From an uncultured candidate division Zixibacteria bacterium (lineage in GTDB: Bacteria; Zixibacteria; MSB-5A5; UBA10806; 4484-95): a stretch of 64,000 bases of DNA. Location of the stretch: contig CAXXKA010000006.1 in assembly GCA_963668625.2 (NCBI GenBank), positions 608,001-672,000 of the forward strand. The letters run 5' to 3'. Position numbers and translations under genes: made by a program. The notes below the pieces were generated by a model. The model was not told the DNA's origin. It made no database searches and was given only the letters and a program-made list of their open reading frames with translations. Positions 9,958 to 18,248 of this stretch are shown here, in pieces (the stretch's first letter is position 1; every line of letters begins with the position of its first letter).

Positions 9958-10662
9958 ATGGCATACATATCTGACGTATCATTTTTCAATCCTACTCACG
10001 ATGGCACCACCTATGAGGCCAGCAGTGAACTGGATAAGAATGATTTCCTGCAATTGCTGGTAACCCAGCTTCAATTCCAGGATCCTCTGGAACCTATGGC
10101 TGACACGGATTTTATCGCACAGTTGGCACAGTTTTCCCAACTGGAGAGTCTATCCAATATGAGTGAAACACTGGATACAAACTCCGAGATCAGCTATATC
10201 ATGAGCCAGACGATCGCTAATACGATGGCGCCTTCGCTTATAGGCAAAACCGTCGTTGCGGCGGGATCGGAGTTCACGCTCGCAGAGGAAGAGTCCACCG
10301 AAATCAGTTTTAATTTGGACGCAAGCGCGGCTACGGTAACCGTCAATATTTATGATGAAAACGGTGATCTTGCCAGAACAATCGAGATGGAAGACCTCGC
10401 GGGAGGTGATCACACGATCGAGTGGGATGGTACTAACAACAGCGGCACCGCTCTGGCGCCGGGCAGTTATTCATTCGAGGTACATGCCTCAACGGCCGCC
10501 GGTGATGAGATAGAATCGGAGGAACGTGTAATCGGGGTAATAGAGAAAGTAAAATACGTGGACGGACAAGCGTACCTGATAGTCGGAGGTTACAAGGTAA
10601 ACCTATCGACGGTCATCGAGGTAGTCGATCAGGGTTCGCAGGCAACGACTCATCAAAGCTAA
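9958..10662 (+). CDS. flgD: Flagellar hook capping protein FlgD
   Basis: LDKNDFLQLLVTQLQFQDPLEPM..FIAQLAQFS; Ig-like domain with WDG. Confidence 0.96.
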   Translation: MAYISDVSFFNPTHDGTTYEASSELDKNDFLQLLVTQLQFQDPLEPMADTDFIAQLAQFSQLESLSNMSETLDTNSEISYIMSQTIANTMAPSLIGKTVVAAGSEFTLAEEESTEISFNLDASAATVTVNIYDENGDLARTIEMEDLAGGDHTIEWDGTNNSGTALAPGSYSFEVHASTAAGDEIESEERVIGVIEKVKYVDGQAYLIVGGYKVNLSTVIEVVDQGSQATTHQS

Positions 10663-10677
10663 TTAAGGAGGTGAAAA

Positions 10678-11064
10678 GTGAAAATTAATGGCGTTGGCCA
10701 TAAATTGCCAATCAATATTGATGAGATTACTCGTCAAAATTCGACCGAAGCCGGTCGGGTAAAGGGCAGTGATTTCAAAAAAGATTTTAACGAGGCTCTG
10801 GCTAACACCTCTAATTTGAAGTTTTCGAACCATGCTTTGGATAGACTTAACAAACGAGGGGTTGAAATAAATACCAATACTTTCGAGCGTCTGGATAGCG
10901 CGGTAACCGCCGCCGATAAAAAAGGCGCCGGACAATCATTGGTACTTTTGGATGAAATGGCGTTTTTAGTTTCCGTGAAAAACAGAACCGTGATAACCGC
11001 CATGGAAACCAATAATATGAAAGAAGGCGTGTTCACTAAAATAGATAGCGCCGTGATCGGATAA
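10678..11064 (+). CDS. Flagellar operon protein (TIGR02530-like)
   Basis: LKFSNHALDRL, VSVKNRTVITAM, VFTKIDSAVI motifs; between flgD and flgE. Confidence 0.85.
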   Translation: MKINGVGHKLPINIDEITRQNSTEAGRVKGSDFKKDFNEALANTSNLKFSNHALDRLNKRGVEINTNTFERLDSAVTAADKKGAGQSLVLLDEMAFLVSVKNRTVITAMETNNMKEGVFTKIDSAVIG

Positions 11065-11068
11065 CTAC

Positions 11069-11118
11069 GAGCTGGTCCCCACAGGGGAGGCTCAATATCC
11101 GGCCCGATTGGTCGGATA
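11069..11118 (+). other. Two-hairpin structure in the flgE 5' region (candidate cis-regulatory RNA)
   Basis: GAGCT..TCCCC-ACA-GGGGA..GGCTC and TATCCGGC...GTCGGATA stems just before the flgE RBS; no U tract. Confidence 0.45.
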
Positions 11119-11137
11119 AGATGAGGAGATTTAAATT

Positions 11138-13453
11138 ATGATGCCGTCACTTTTTGCCGGCGTGTCCGGTTTGAAAAACCATCAAACTAAAATGAACGTA
11201 GTCGGCGATAATATCGCTAATGTAAATACGATCGGTTTCAAGATGGGGCGTGTAACTTTTCAGGAGGCTCTGGTTCAGACATTAAGCGGAGCCAGCCGTC
11301 CGACCACGTCCTCGGGTGGTACCAACCCGAAGCAATTGGGTCTGGGTATGTCTGTTTCGACAATCGATAACCTGTTCTTACAGGGCGGTCTCGAGACAAC
11401 CGGTCAGATTTCCGACCTGGCAATTCAGGGAAGCGGATTTTTCGTACTTTCCAACGGCGCTCAAGAATTTTATACCAGGGCCGGAAGTTTCGGATTTGAC
11501 GCCGATTCTAATATGGTTAATCCGTCCAACGGCTATATCCTTCAGGGTAAAATGGCCGATGTTGACGGTACTATTCCCGCGAATGCCTCGATCGGTAATA
11601 TCACTATGCCGTTCGGTCAGCAGGATCCTGCTCGGGCGACCTCTGAAGTCGTGCTGGGTATGAACCTCAATGCCGGCGCAACTGATGCCGACGCCTCGCT
11701 ATCATCCGCGGGTACTTCTAATGTAACCTCGATTTCAGGTACCGCCGATAACGGTTCCGGCGGTGTTCACAATATTACGATTGTCGGTGAAAACGCCAGG
11801 TTCTCTGAGCTTGCCGGTGTTCATGCCAATGAATTGACCGACGTGGGGGTCGGTGCTGTAACCACGACGAGTACTCCTACCGGTTTCGGTACATTAGTTC
11901 CCGGTACTACATACTACTACACCGTGATAGCTAAAAATGACCTGGGCGAATCTATGGGAGCCGAGTTCAGCCATACCCTGGCTGCAGGTAGTGACTCAAT
12001 CACACTTGACTGGCTTGGTTACAGCGATCTTGCTGATGCCACGGAGATGGTAATCTATCGTTCAACAGTGCCCGGCGACTATACAGCAGGTAATAACGGT
12101 AGGATTGATAGTCAGGTTCCCGTGGGGCCTCCGACTAACTACGTGGATAGTGGTATTATCCCGGAAGCTAATGTTAATCCGCCCACTTTCAATTCTACTA
12201 TTAATCTAACCGGCGATTTGCGGCTCGGCAATAATCTGAATGTAACCGATACGACCGGTTTAGAGATCAGGGTTGACAACGGAGCATGGATACCGTTGAC
12301 CCAGTTAACGACTGAATCAAGGATTAACGATCTTATTCAAGCTATTAATACTAACACGACCGGCGTAACTGCTGCTCTTGTTGATGGACAGGTGCAGATT
12401 ACTCGCGATTATGCCGGTAGTTCCAGTACATACAATGTCGAAATCCGTGATAACGGCGCCGGAAATATTTGTCAGCAGGTATTCGGTAGCGCTAACTTCA
12501 CCGTAAACAACGGTTCGGCCTCGACTCTTCAGGCTACCGATGAATTCACTCCTAATATCACCGGCACAACTCTTGCACCGATTGATTTAACGCTCATCAC
12601 CGATCCGGTAACCGGAATAATCACCGGGATATCGAATATCGGCGGCGGCGGGATAACCACTAACACGGGTACCGGCGGTCTCGTGGGTGATCCTGACGGC
12701 GCTGGTCCTCTGGCATCATCAACTCTGGTAGTTGAAACCGAGGATACCCAGCATGCCACCAGTATTACCACTTACGATTCACAGGGTGGTAAACATACCA
12801 TAACCGTGACGTTCACCAAGAGCTGGGAAGATAACACCTGGTATTGGGAAGCCGATGCGGGTACCGATGAAATCATCAGATCCGGTGGTTCGGGTACGGT
12901 GCAGTTTAACGCCGATGGCTCTCTGGCCTCGTTTAATATCGATGGCGGCGTCACCAGCATGACTGTCGATCCGAATAACGGCGCTGATGTAATGGTAATC
13001 GATTTGGTAACAGGCACCTCGGGTGGATTTGATGGCTTGACCGGGTTCTCCTCGGCCAGTACCGCCTCGGCCCGTTCCCAGGATGGTTATGGCCTGGGTG
13101 TGCTTTCCGATATTTCGATCGATACCACCGGTACGATAACGGGTATATTTACCAACGGTGTAACAAGAATATTGGCACAGGTTTATATCGCCGATTTTAA
13201 CAACTCCGGCGGTTTATACAAATCCGGCCAGAATATGTACCAGGCCTCCGCCAACTCCGGCAACGCTATTTTAAGCACGGCCGGTTCGGCGACATCATCG
13301 ACTATAACCTCAGGCGCTCTGGAGGTTTCTAATGTCGACCTGGCGCAGGAATTTACCAACATGATAGTATCACAAAGAGGTTTCCAGGCGAACGCCAGGG
13401 TGATAACGACCTCTGACGATATGTTAAATGAACTGGTTAACCTGAAGGGATAG
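11138..13453 (+). CDS. flgE: Flagellar hook protein FlgE, enlarged (771 aa)
   Basis: GDNIANVNTIGFK N-terminus; DLAIQGSGFF, YTRAG; LEVSNVDLAQEFTNMIVSQRGFQAN C-terminus. Confidence 0.95.
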   Translation: MMPSLFAGVSGLKNHQTKMNVVGDNIANVNTIGFKMGRVTFQEALVQTLSGASRPTTSSGGTNPKQLGLGMSVSTIDNLFLQGGLETTGQISDLAIQGSGFFVLSNGAQEFYTRAGSFGFDADSNMVNPSNGYILQGKMADVDGTIPANASIGNITMPFGQQDPARATSEVVLGMNLNAGATDADASLSSAGTSNVTSISGTADNGSGGVHNITIVGENARFSELAGVHANELTDVGVGAVTTTSTPTGFGTLVPGTTYYYTVIAKNDLGESMGAEFSHTLAAGSDSITLDWLGYSDLADATEMVIYRSTVPGDYTAGNNGRIDSQVPVGPPTNYVDSGIIPEANVNPPTFNSTINLTGDLRLGNNLNVTDTTGLEIRVDNGAWIPLTQLTTESRINDLIQAINTNTTGVTAALVDGQVQITRDYAGSSSTYNVEIRDNGAGNICQQVFGSANFTVNNGSASTLQATDEFTPNITGTTLAPIDLTLITDPVTGIITGISNIGGGGITTNTGTGGLVGDPDGAGPLASSTLVVETEDTQHATSITTYDSQGGKHTITVTFTKSWEDNTWYWEADAGTDEIIRSGGSGTVQFNADGSLASFNIDGGVTSMTVDPNNGADVMVIDLVTGTSGGFDGLTGFSSASTASARSQDGYGLGVLSDISIDTTGTITGIFTNGVTRILAQVYIADFNNSGGLYKSGQNMYQASANSGNAILSTAGSATSSTITSGALEVSNVDLAQEFTNMIVSQRGFQANARVITTSDDMLNELVNLKG

Positions 13454-13467
13454 CCGATAAGTAATAT

Positions 13468-13495
13468 AGGGGAGGAGTAATTCTTCTCCCCTTTT
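13468..13495 (+). terminator. Terminator-like hairpin after flgE
   Basis: GGGGAGGAG-TAATT-CTTCTCCCC-TTTT. Confidence 0.6.
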
Positions 13496-13508
13496 GAAGG
13501 ATAAAACG

Positions 13509-13718
13509 ATGATTAAAGTTACCAGGCTGAACGAAACGGAATTAGTAATCAACACCGATTTAATCGAGTTCGTTGAATCTATCCCGGATACGATTATCAG
13601 TCTGACTACTGGCAAGAAAATCATGGTCAAGGAATCTATCGATGAGGTTATCGCGAAAGTCGATGAGTTCAAGAGGCGGATTTCGAATCATGATATCAAA
13701 GAAAAACAGGTGAGGTAG
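13509..13718 (+). CDS. flbD: Flagellar protein FlbD/SwrD
   Basis: MIKVTRLN...INTDLIEFVESIPDTIISL..GKK..VKES; start moved to ATG 13509. Confidence 0.9.
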   Translation: MIKVTRLNETELVINTDLIEFVESIPDTIISLTTGKKIMVKESIDEVIAKVDEFKRRISNHDIKEKQVR

Positions 13719-13720
13719 AT

Positions 13721-14350
13721 ATGGCCGAAGTAGATCAGGTATCCGCTCCGGAAGTGGAACCACCGAAATCAGATGACAAGAAATCCTCTAAAAAGGGAAG
13801 TGGCTTGAAGCTGAACCTGATTGTGATCGTTGTATCTCAATTGATCCTGGCAGGTGGTGGTTTCTTTATGGTAAGTCAGTTTATCAAACCCGATCCGGCA
13901 ATCAGAAACATGATCGAACAACAAAGTCTTCAGGAGAGTGCCGAGACCGGCGAAGGTCATGGTGAGAATGGCGAGGCCGCTCATGCCGATGATGCGCATC
14001 GTGAGATTTATTTGCTCGAGGACATTATCGTGAATCCGGCCGGTACGAGGGGCAGTAGATACCTGTCGATCTCAATCGGTGTCGAGATGAATGCCCCGGC
14101 TGTCGATGAGGAAAGCGGCGGCGGTGGTCACGGTGGTGGTGGAGAAACAGAACAAGCATCGCCGCTCGAACCGAGGAAAGCTCAATTGCGCGATGTATTG
14201 ATTAACATACTTTCCGCGAAAACGATTTTAGAGTTAACCACCGCTGAGGAGAAAGAAAATATCCGCAACGAGATATTAGAGAAGTTCACTGAAATATTAA
14301 ACCCGGAGCCTGTCCACCAAATTTATTTTGTGGATTTTGTACTGCAGTAA
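13721..14350 (+). CDS. fliL: Flagellar basal body-associated protein FliL
   Basis: TM segment; IIVNPA..RYL, RD..I..LS, IYFVDFVLQ C-terminus. Confidence 0.92.
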   Translation: MAEVDQVSAPEVEPPKSDDKKSSKKGSGLKLNLIVIVVSQLILAGGGFFMVSQFIKPDPAIRNMIEQQSLQESAETGEGHGENGEAAHADDAHREIYLLEDIIVNPAGTRGSRYLSISIGVEMNAPAVDEESGGGGHGGGGETEQASPLEPRKAQLRDVLINILSAKTILELTTAEEKENIRNEILEKFTEILNPEPVHQIYFVDFVLQ

Positions 14351-14352
14351 TT

Positions 14353-15333
14353 ATGGCAAAAATATTATCTCAAAACGAAATCGATGCGCTGTTAAATCAG
14401 GTAACATCCACGGATGAATCGTCATCGATAGATGAATCTCCAGAAAGATCGGAACTTTCGAGAAAAGCTGTTGCTTACGATTTTAAACATCCCAACCGCG
14501 TATCCAAAGACCAAATGCGAACCCTGGAGTCGCTGCATTCGAATTTCGCCGGCCATTTCGGTTCGGCGCTTTCCGGAATAACCAGGTCGGTGGTCGATAT
14601 CGATTTATTATCGGTTGACCAGATCACCTACTCGGAATTCATCATGTCGCTGGTTTCCCCATCGAGCACTTATGTGTTCTCGATCAATCCGCTGGAAGGC
14701 GCAGGTATTCTCGATTTCAATCCCTCTGTGGTTTTCGCGTTCGTCGACAGAATGTTCGGCGGCACGGGAAAATCATTGAATACCGAAAGGGAGTTGACCG
14801 GTATCGAGAAGGCGCTGATGTCGAAAATCGTCAATCGCGGATTCAAAGAACTGGAGAAATCCTGGGAGCATATCGTTAACCTTCAAATTAGAATGTCGGC
14901 GTTCGAATCGAATCCTCAGTTCATACAGATCGTTCCTCCCGGTGAAACTGTCATCGTTATCTCCTTGCAGATCAAGATGCAGTCATCCTCGGGGATCATG
15001 ACTATCTGCTATCCTTACCTGACACTCGAGGACGTGGTCAACAAGCTTTCGGCGCAGAACTGGATCGACAAGAACAAGAAGCTGATCGATGATATCGACA
15101 GGGAGCAGAATATCCAGAGGATGATCCCGATCGACGCTGATCTTAAGGCTATCCTGGGTGAAACAACGATCAAGATCAAAGAGCTGATGGAAATCGAGAA
15201 CGGCGATGTCTTAAGGTTCGATCGTCGCGTGCGAGATAATATTGAAATTTACGTTGGTGATAAAGTTAAATTCCGCGGAACTCCCGGTAAATTCGGGAAG
15301 AATATGGCCGTGAGAATTAATACCGTTTTATGA
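14353..15333 (+). CDS. fliM: Flagellar motor switch protein FliM
   Basis: LSQNEIDALL CheY-binding motif; YDFKHP, ESNPQF; SpoA C-terminus. Confidence 0.97.
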   Translation: MAKILSQNEIDALLNQVTSTDESSSIDESPERSELSRKAVAYDFKHPNRVSKDQMRTLESLHSNFAGHFGSALSGITRSVVDIDLLSVDQITYSEFIMSLVSPSSTYVFSINPLEGAGILDFNPSVVFAFVDRMFGGTGKSLNTERELTGIEKALMSKIVNRGFKELEKSWEHIVNLQIRMSAFESNPQFIQIVPPGETVIVISLQIKMQSSSGIMTICYPYLTLEDVVNKLSAQNWIDKNKKLIDDIDREQNIQRMIPIDADLKAILGETTIKIKELMEIENGDVLRFDRRVRDNIEIYVGDKVKFRGTPGKFGKNMAVRINTVL

Positions 15334-15342
15334 GGTTAAGCT

Positions 15343-16068
15343 ATGGCTGATGAACAATCTGAATTAAACAATGAGGAACAGGAAAACCAGCCGAAAACTC
15401 CGGAGGAGGGGCTGGAGGCTGAAAGTTCCGCAGATGAGCAAACACCGGCCGGTGATGAAAATCTTAATATGCCTGACATGGATTTCGCCAACGGTGAAAA
15501 GGCCGATGATGAGGCCGGGGAGGATCTGAGCGCAGATATTAGCGCTGACACCGGAAGCGACTTCGAGAAGACCGTAAATCCCGAGGATGCCAACGAGGAT
15601 GATGCCGAAGCTGAGATGCTCAAGATGATGGAGCAGAGCAACGTACTCGGTGATGATGAAAAAGTGGTAAATCCCGAGGATGCCAGCGAGGACGATGCGG
15701 AAGCTGAGATGCTCAAGATGATGGAGCAGTCCGCAGGCGCCGCGCCGGAAGAGCCGGTCGTACAGAAAGCCAGTTTCAGCGAATTCAGCGACCCGCCCAA
15801 GCAGGAGCCGAAGAATCTGAATTTGCTCATGGATGTCTCGTTGCCGATATCGATCGAACTCGGTCGTACGGCCATGGCGATCGAAGATATCCTGAATCTG
15901 GGACCTGGTTCGGTTGTCGAACTGGATAAGCTGGCAGGTGAACCGGTGGATTTGCTGGTTAACAATAAGCTTTTAGCAAAAGGTGAAGTAGTAGTAATCG
16001 ATGAGAATTTCGGCGTGCGTATTACCAACATGGTGTCCAAGCCGGATAGGATCAGGAGTTTGCAGTGA
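15343..16068 (+). CDS. fliN: Flagellar motor switch protein FliN with acidic N-terminal extension
   Basis: [14 protein letters not shown]...[15 protein letters not shown]...[14 protein letters not shown]. Confidence 0.93.
   Translation: MADEQSELNNEEQENQPKTPEEGLEAESSADEQTPAGDENLNMPDMDFANGEKADDEAGEDLSADISADTGSDFEKTVNPEDANEDDAEAEMLKMMEQSNVLGDDEKVVNPEDASEDDAEAEMLKMMEQSAGAAPEEPVVQKASFSEFSDPPKQEPKNLNLLMDVSLPISIELGRTAMAIEDILNLGPGSVVELDKLAGEPVDLLVNNKLLAKGEVVVIDENFGVRITNMVSKPDRIRSLQ
15574..15729 (+). repeat. Intragenic direct repeat in fliN (2 x 63 bp, period 93 bp)
   Basis: VNPEDA(N/S)[15 protein letters not shown] encoded at 15574 and 15667. Confidence 0.9.
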
Positions 16069-16496
16069 AGTATTTGATGTCGTTGCTTGTTTTAATCCCT
16101 TTAAATGTTTTCGCGCAAGATACTTTAAAAACACCATTACAGCCGCCCGATGTCAGTTACAGCCCGGGGATAGGCTCAGTCATTTTCAAGCTGGTGCTAT
16201 CGCTGGTGATTATTATCGGTCTGATTTACCTGACTGTTTTCTTATTGAAGAAGGTTGGCAACAGGACAATGCCAAGTAACAGTGGTATGATCAGGGTTAT
16301 CGGTAAGTCGTACCTGACCCCGAAACAAAGTTTGTTTATAGTGAAGTTGGGAGCATCGTACTCGGTTCTTGGGGTAGGGGAGGGATCGGTAAATTATATC
16401 AAAGATCTATCTCCGGAGGAAGCAGAATCGTTCGAGACCGCCCCAAAGGATGTAAAAGGTTTTCAAAATATCTTGAAATCGGTTTTAGGAAAATGA
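16065..16496 (+). CDS. fliO: Flagellar biosynthesis protein FliO
   Basis: TM followed by [25 protein letters not shown]; between fliN and fliP. Confidence 0.88.
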   Translation: MKYLMSLLVLIPLNVFAQDTLKTPLQPPDVSYSPGIGSVIFKLVLSLVIIIGLIYLTVFLLKKVGNRTMPSNSGMIRVIGKSYLTPKQSLFIVKLGASYSVLGVGEGSVNYIKDLSPEEAESFETAPKDVKGFQNILKSVLGK

Positions 16497-17242
16497 AGTT
16501 TTTAAAAATTGCTCTGATAACGATTATATTATTTTCGGTGATGGGCGGAATAGCCCATTCTCAAACGACTCTGCCTAAAATATCCGTGCAGGTCGAGGAT
16601 AGTGAGAACGCCAAGGATTTATCGGTAACGTTGCAAATCCTTCTCATGATGACGATACTGACTTTGGCGCCCTCTATAATAATAATGCTGACATCGTTCG
16701 TGCGGATCGTGGTAGTATTCTCGTTTCTGCGCCATGCGGTCGGTACTCATCAAATGCCGCCGAATCAATTATTGATAGGTTTGGCATTGATTCTGACGGC
16801 GTTTATCATGGCGCCGACAATCACACAGGTAAACGATAACGCGCTACAACCTTACCTCAATGATGAGATCAACCAGAAGGAAGCATATGAGATCGGTATA
16901 CAGCCGATTAGGGATTTCATGCTCAAACAGGTAAGGGAGAAAGACCTGGCGTTGTTCGTTTCACTGTCGGGAATCGATAAACCCGAATCGCCCGCTGATT
17001 TACCAACATACCTGATTATCCCGGGATATGTTATCTCGGAACTCAGGATAGCTTTTCAAATCAGTTTCATTCTTTTTATTCCGTTTATAATTATTGATAT
17101 GGTAGTGGCCTCGGTGTTAATGTCGATGGGTATGCTCATGCTACCGCCGATTATGGTGTCGTTGCCTTTCAAGATACTGCTGTTCGTGCTGGTGGATGGC
17201 TGGTATTTGATAGTCAAATCGTTGGTTACCAGTTTTAACTAA
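16493..17242 (+). CDS. fliP: Flagellar export gate FliP
   Basis: LTSFVRI, PPNQ, MGMLMLPP..SLPFKILLFVLVDGW. Confidence 0.97.
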   Translation: MKFLKIALITIILFSVMGGIAHSQTTLPKISVQVEDSENAKDLSVTLQILLMMTILTLAPSIIIMLTSFVRIVVVFSFLRHAVGTHQMPPNQLLIGLALILTAFIMAPTITQVNDNALQPYLNDEINQKEAYEIGIQPIRDFMLKQVREKDLALFVSLSGIDKPESPADLPTYLIIPGYVISELRIAFQISFILFIPFIIIDMVVASVLMSMGMLMLPPIMVSLPFKILLFVLVDGWYLIVKSLVTSFN

Positions 17243-17274
17243 TGAGATTAATGTTTGGAAGATGAGGTAGTACT

Positions 17275-17544
17275 ATGGATATGCAATATGTAATTCAACT
17301 CGGACGTTCGGCTATCTACACCACCCTCCTGGTGGCCGGGCCGATGCTGGCTTTCTCCCTGATGATCGGTTTGGTAATCGCGATATTTCAGGCGATAACA
17401 CAGATTCAGGAGATGACTCTGACATTCATCCCCAAGATTATCTCGGTAGCCCTGGCGCTGATTTTATTTCTTCCCTGGATGATGAGTACGGTATTGAGTT
17501 TCACCGCCCAGATATTCAATATGATACCGGCACTGGCGCATTAA
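17275..17544 (+). CDS. fliQ: Flagellar export gate FliQ
   Basis: FQAITQIQEMTLTFIPKI signature. Confidence 0.97.
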   Translation: MDMQYVIQLGRSAIYTTLLVAGPMLAFSLMIGLVIAIFQAITQIQEMTLTFIPKIISVALALILFLPWMMSTVLSFTAQIFNMIPALAH

Positions 17545-17594
17545 TCCCGATATCGAAGTACATTTAATATAGCAAGCCGTATCTAATATTCCTC

Positions 17595-17622
17595 TTGACA
17601 TGATTAAATAGTTATTTATATT
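17595..17622 (+). promoter_or_regulatory. sigma70-like promoter of array unit 1 (copies near 20018 and 22452)
   Basis: TTGACA-N16-TATATT conserved in all three leaders; TGn extended -10 in units 2 and 3. Confidence 0.55.
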
Positions 17623-17805
17623 GCAATTGAGCAATATCTACAAGAGGACATACTTGACATGATACGGAATACCCCTCCCCATAATATGGAGTAGAAGCGG
17701 TCGCGGCCCGCCATATAATTTTAATATGTATATCAATTTGATATAAGGGGGATATAGAATATTTAAGACGTTTTGGTTTAAATATGCTTTCAAGGAGGCT
17801 AATAA

Positions 17806-18177
17806 ATGTATTTACGATATGCACTGATTGGATTATTAGCAATAGTATTTGCGGCATCAATGGCATTTGCGGATGGCGGATTTATAGGAGATATTTACTA
17901 TAAGGATTGCGATTGTAGTACATCCCCGGATTATGATATCGTTAAAATCAAGGATCGTTCCACAGGACAAGTTGTTTTTGAACAACAAATGATCTACATT
18001 GTCTCGCCTGGTTATTGGACAGGCGCTCAAACATTCCCTCCCGGTTCGTATGATATATGGGTGCAACTTGGGCCAAATTCTGAATGCGATCATGGTGTAG
18101 TAAAAACTGTTATTCATGGGGCAACCACTCAAACTGTCAACCTTACTGTCTTAGGGCCGGTCGAACAGGGGCATTAA
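17806..18177 (+). CDS. Small secreted Cys-containing beta-sandwich-like protein, unit 1
   Basis: AAGGAGG RBS; signal peptide MYLRYALIGLLAIVFAASMAFA; G.Y...FPPGSY.I.V pattern. Confidence 0.85.
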   Translation: MYLRYALIGLLAIVFAASMAFADGGFIGDIYYKDCDCSTSPDYDIVKIKDRSTGQVVFEQQMIYIVSPGYWTGAQTFPPGSYDIWVQLGPNSECDHGVVKTVIHGATTQTVNLTVLGPVEQGH

Positions 18178-18195
18178 ATATTAATCCTATATGTT

Positions 18196-18225
18196 TACGT
18201 AGTCAGATATTTCTCTGACTACGTA
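18196..18225 (+). other. Intergenic hairpin, unit 1
   Basis: TACGTAGTCAGA-6nt-TCTGACTACGTA, perfect 12-bp stem. Confidence 0.8.
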
Positions 18226-18248
18226 TACTTTAAAGATAGGAGATTTGA

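Noticed and set aside
13453-13460. GCCGATAA as a sigma28 -10 box before flbD
   Set aside because: No TAAA-like -35 at 15-bp spacing, and a terminator-like hairpin follows immediately.
17612-17866. Minus-strand 84-aa ORF in the array leader
   Set aside because: Overlaps the promoter/leader and the small gene; no equivalent ORF is listed for units 2 and 3.
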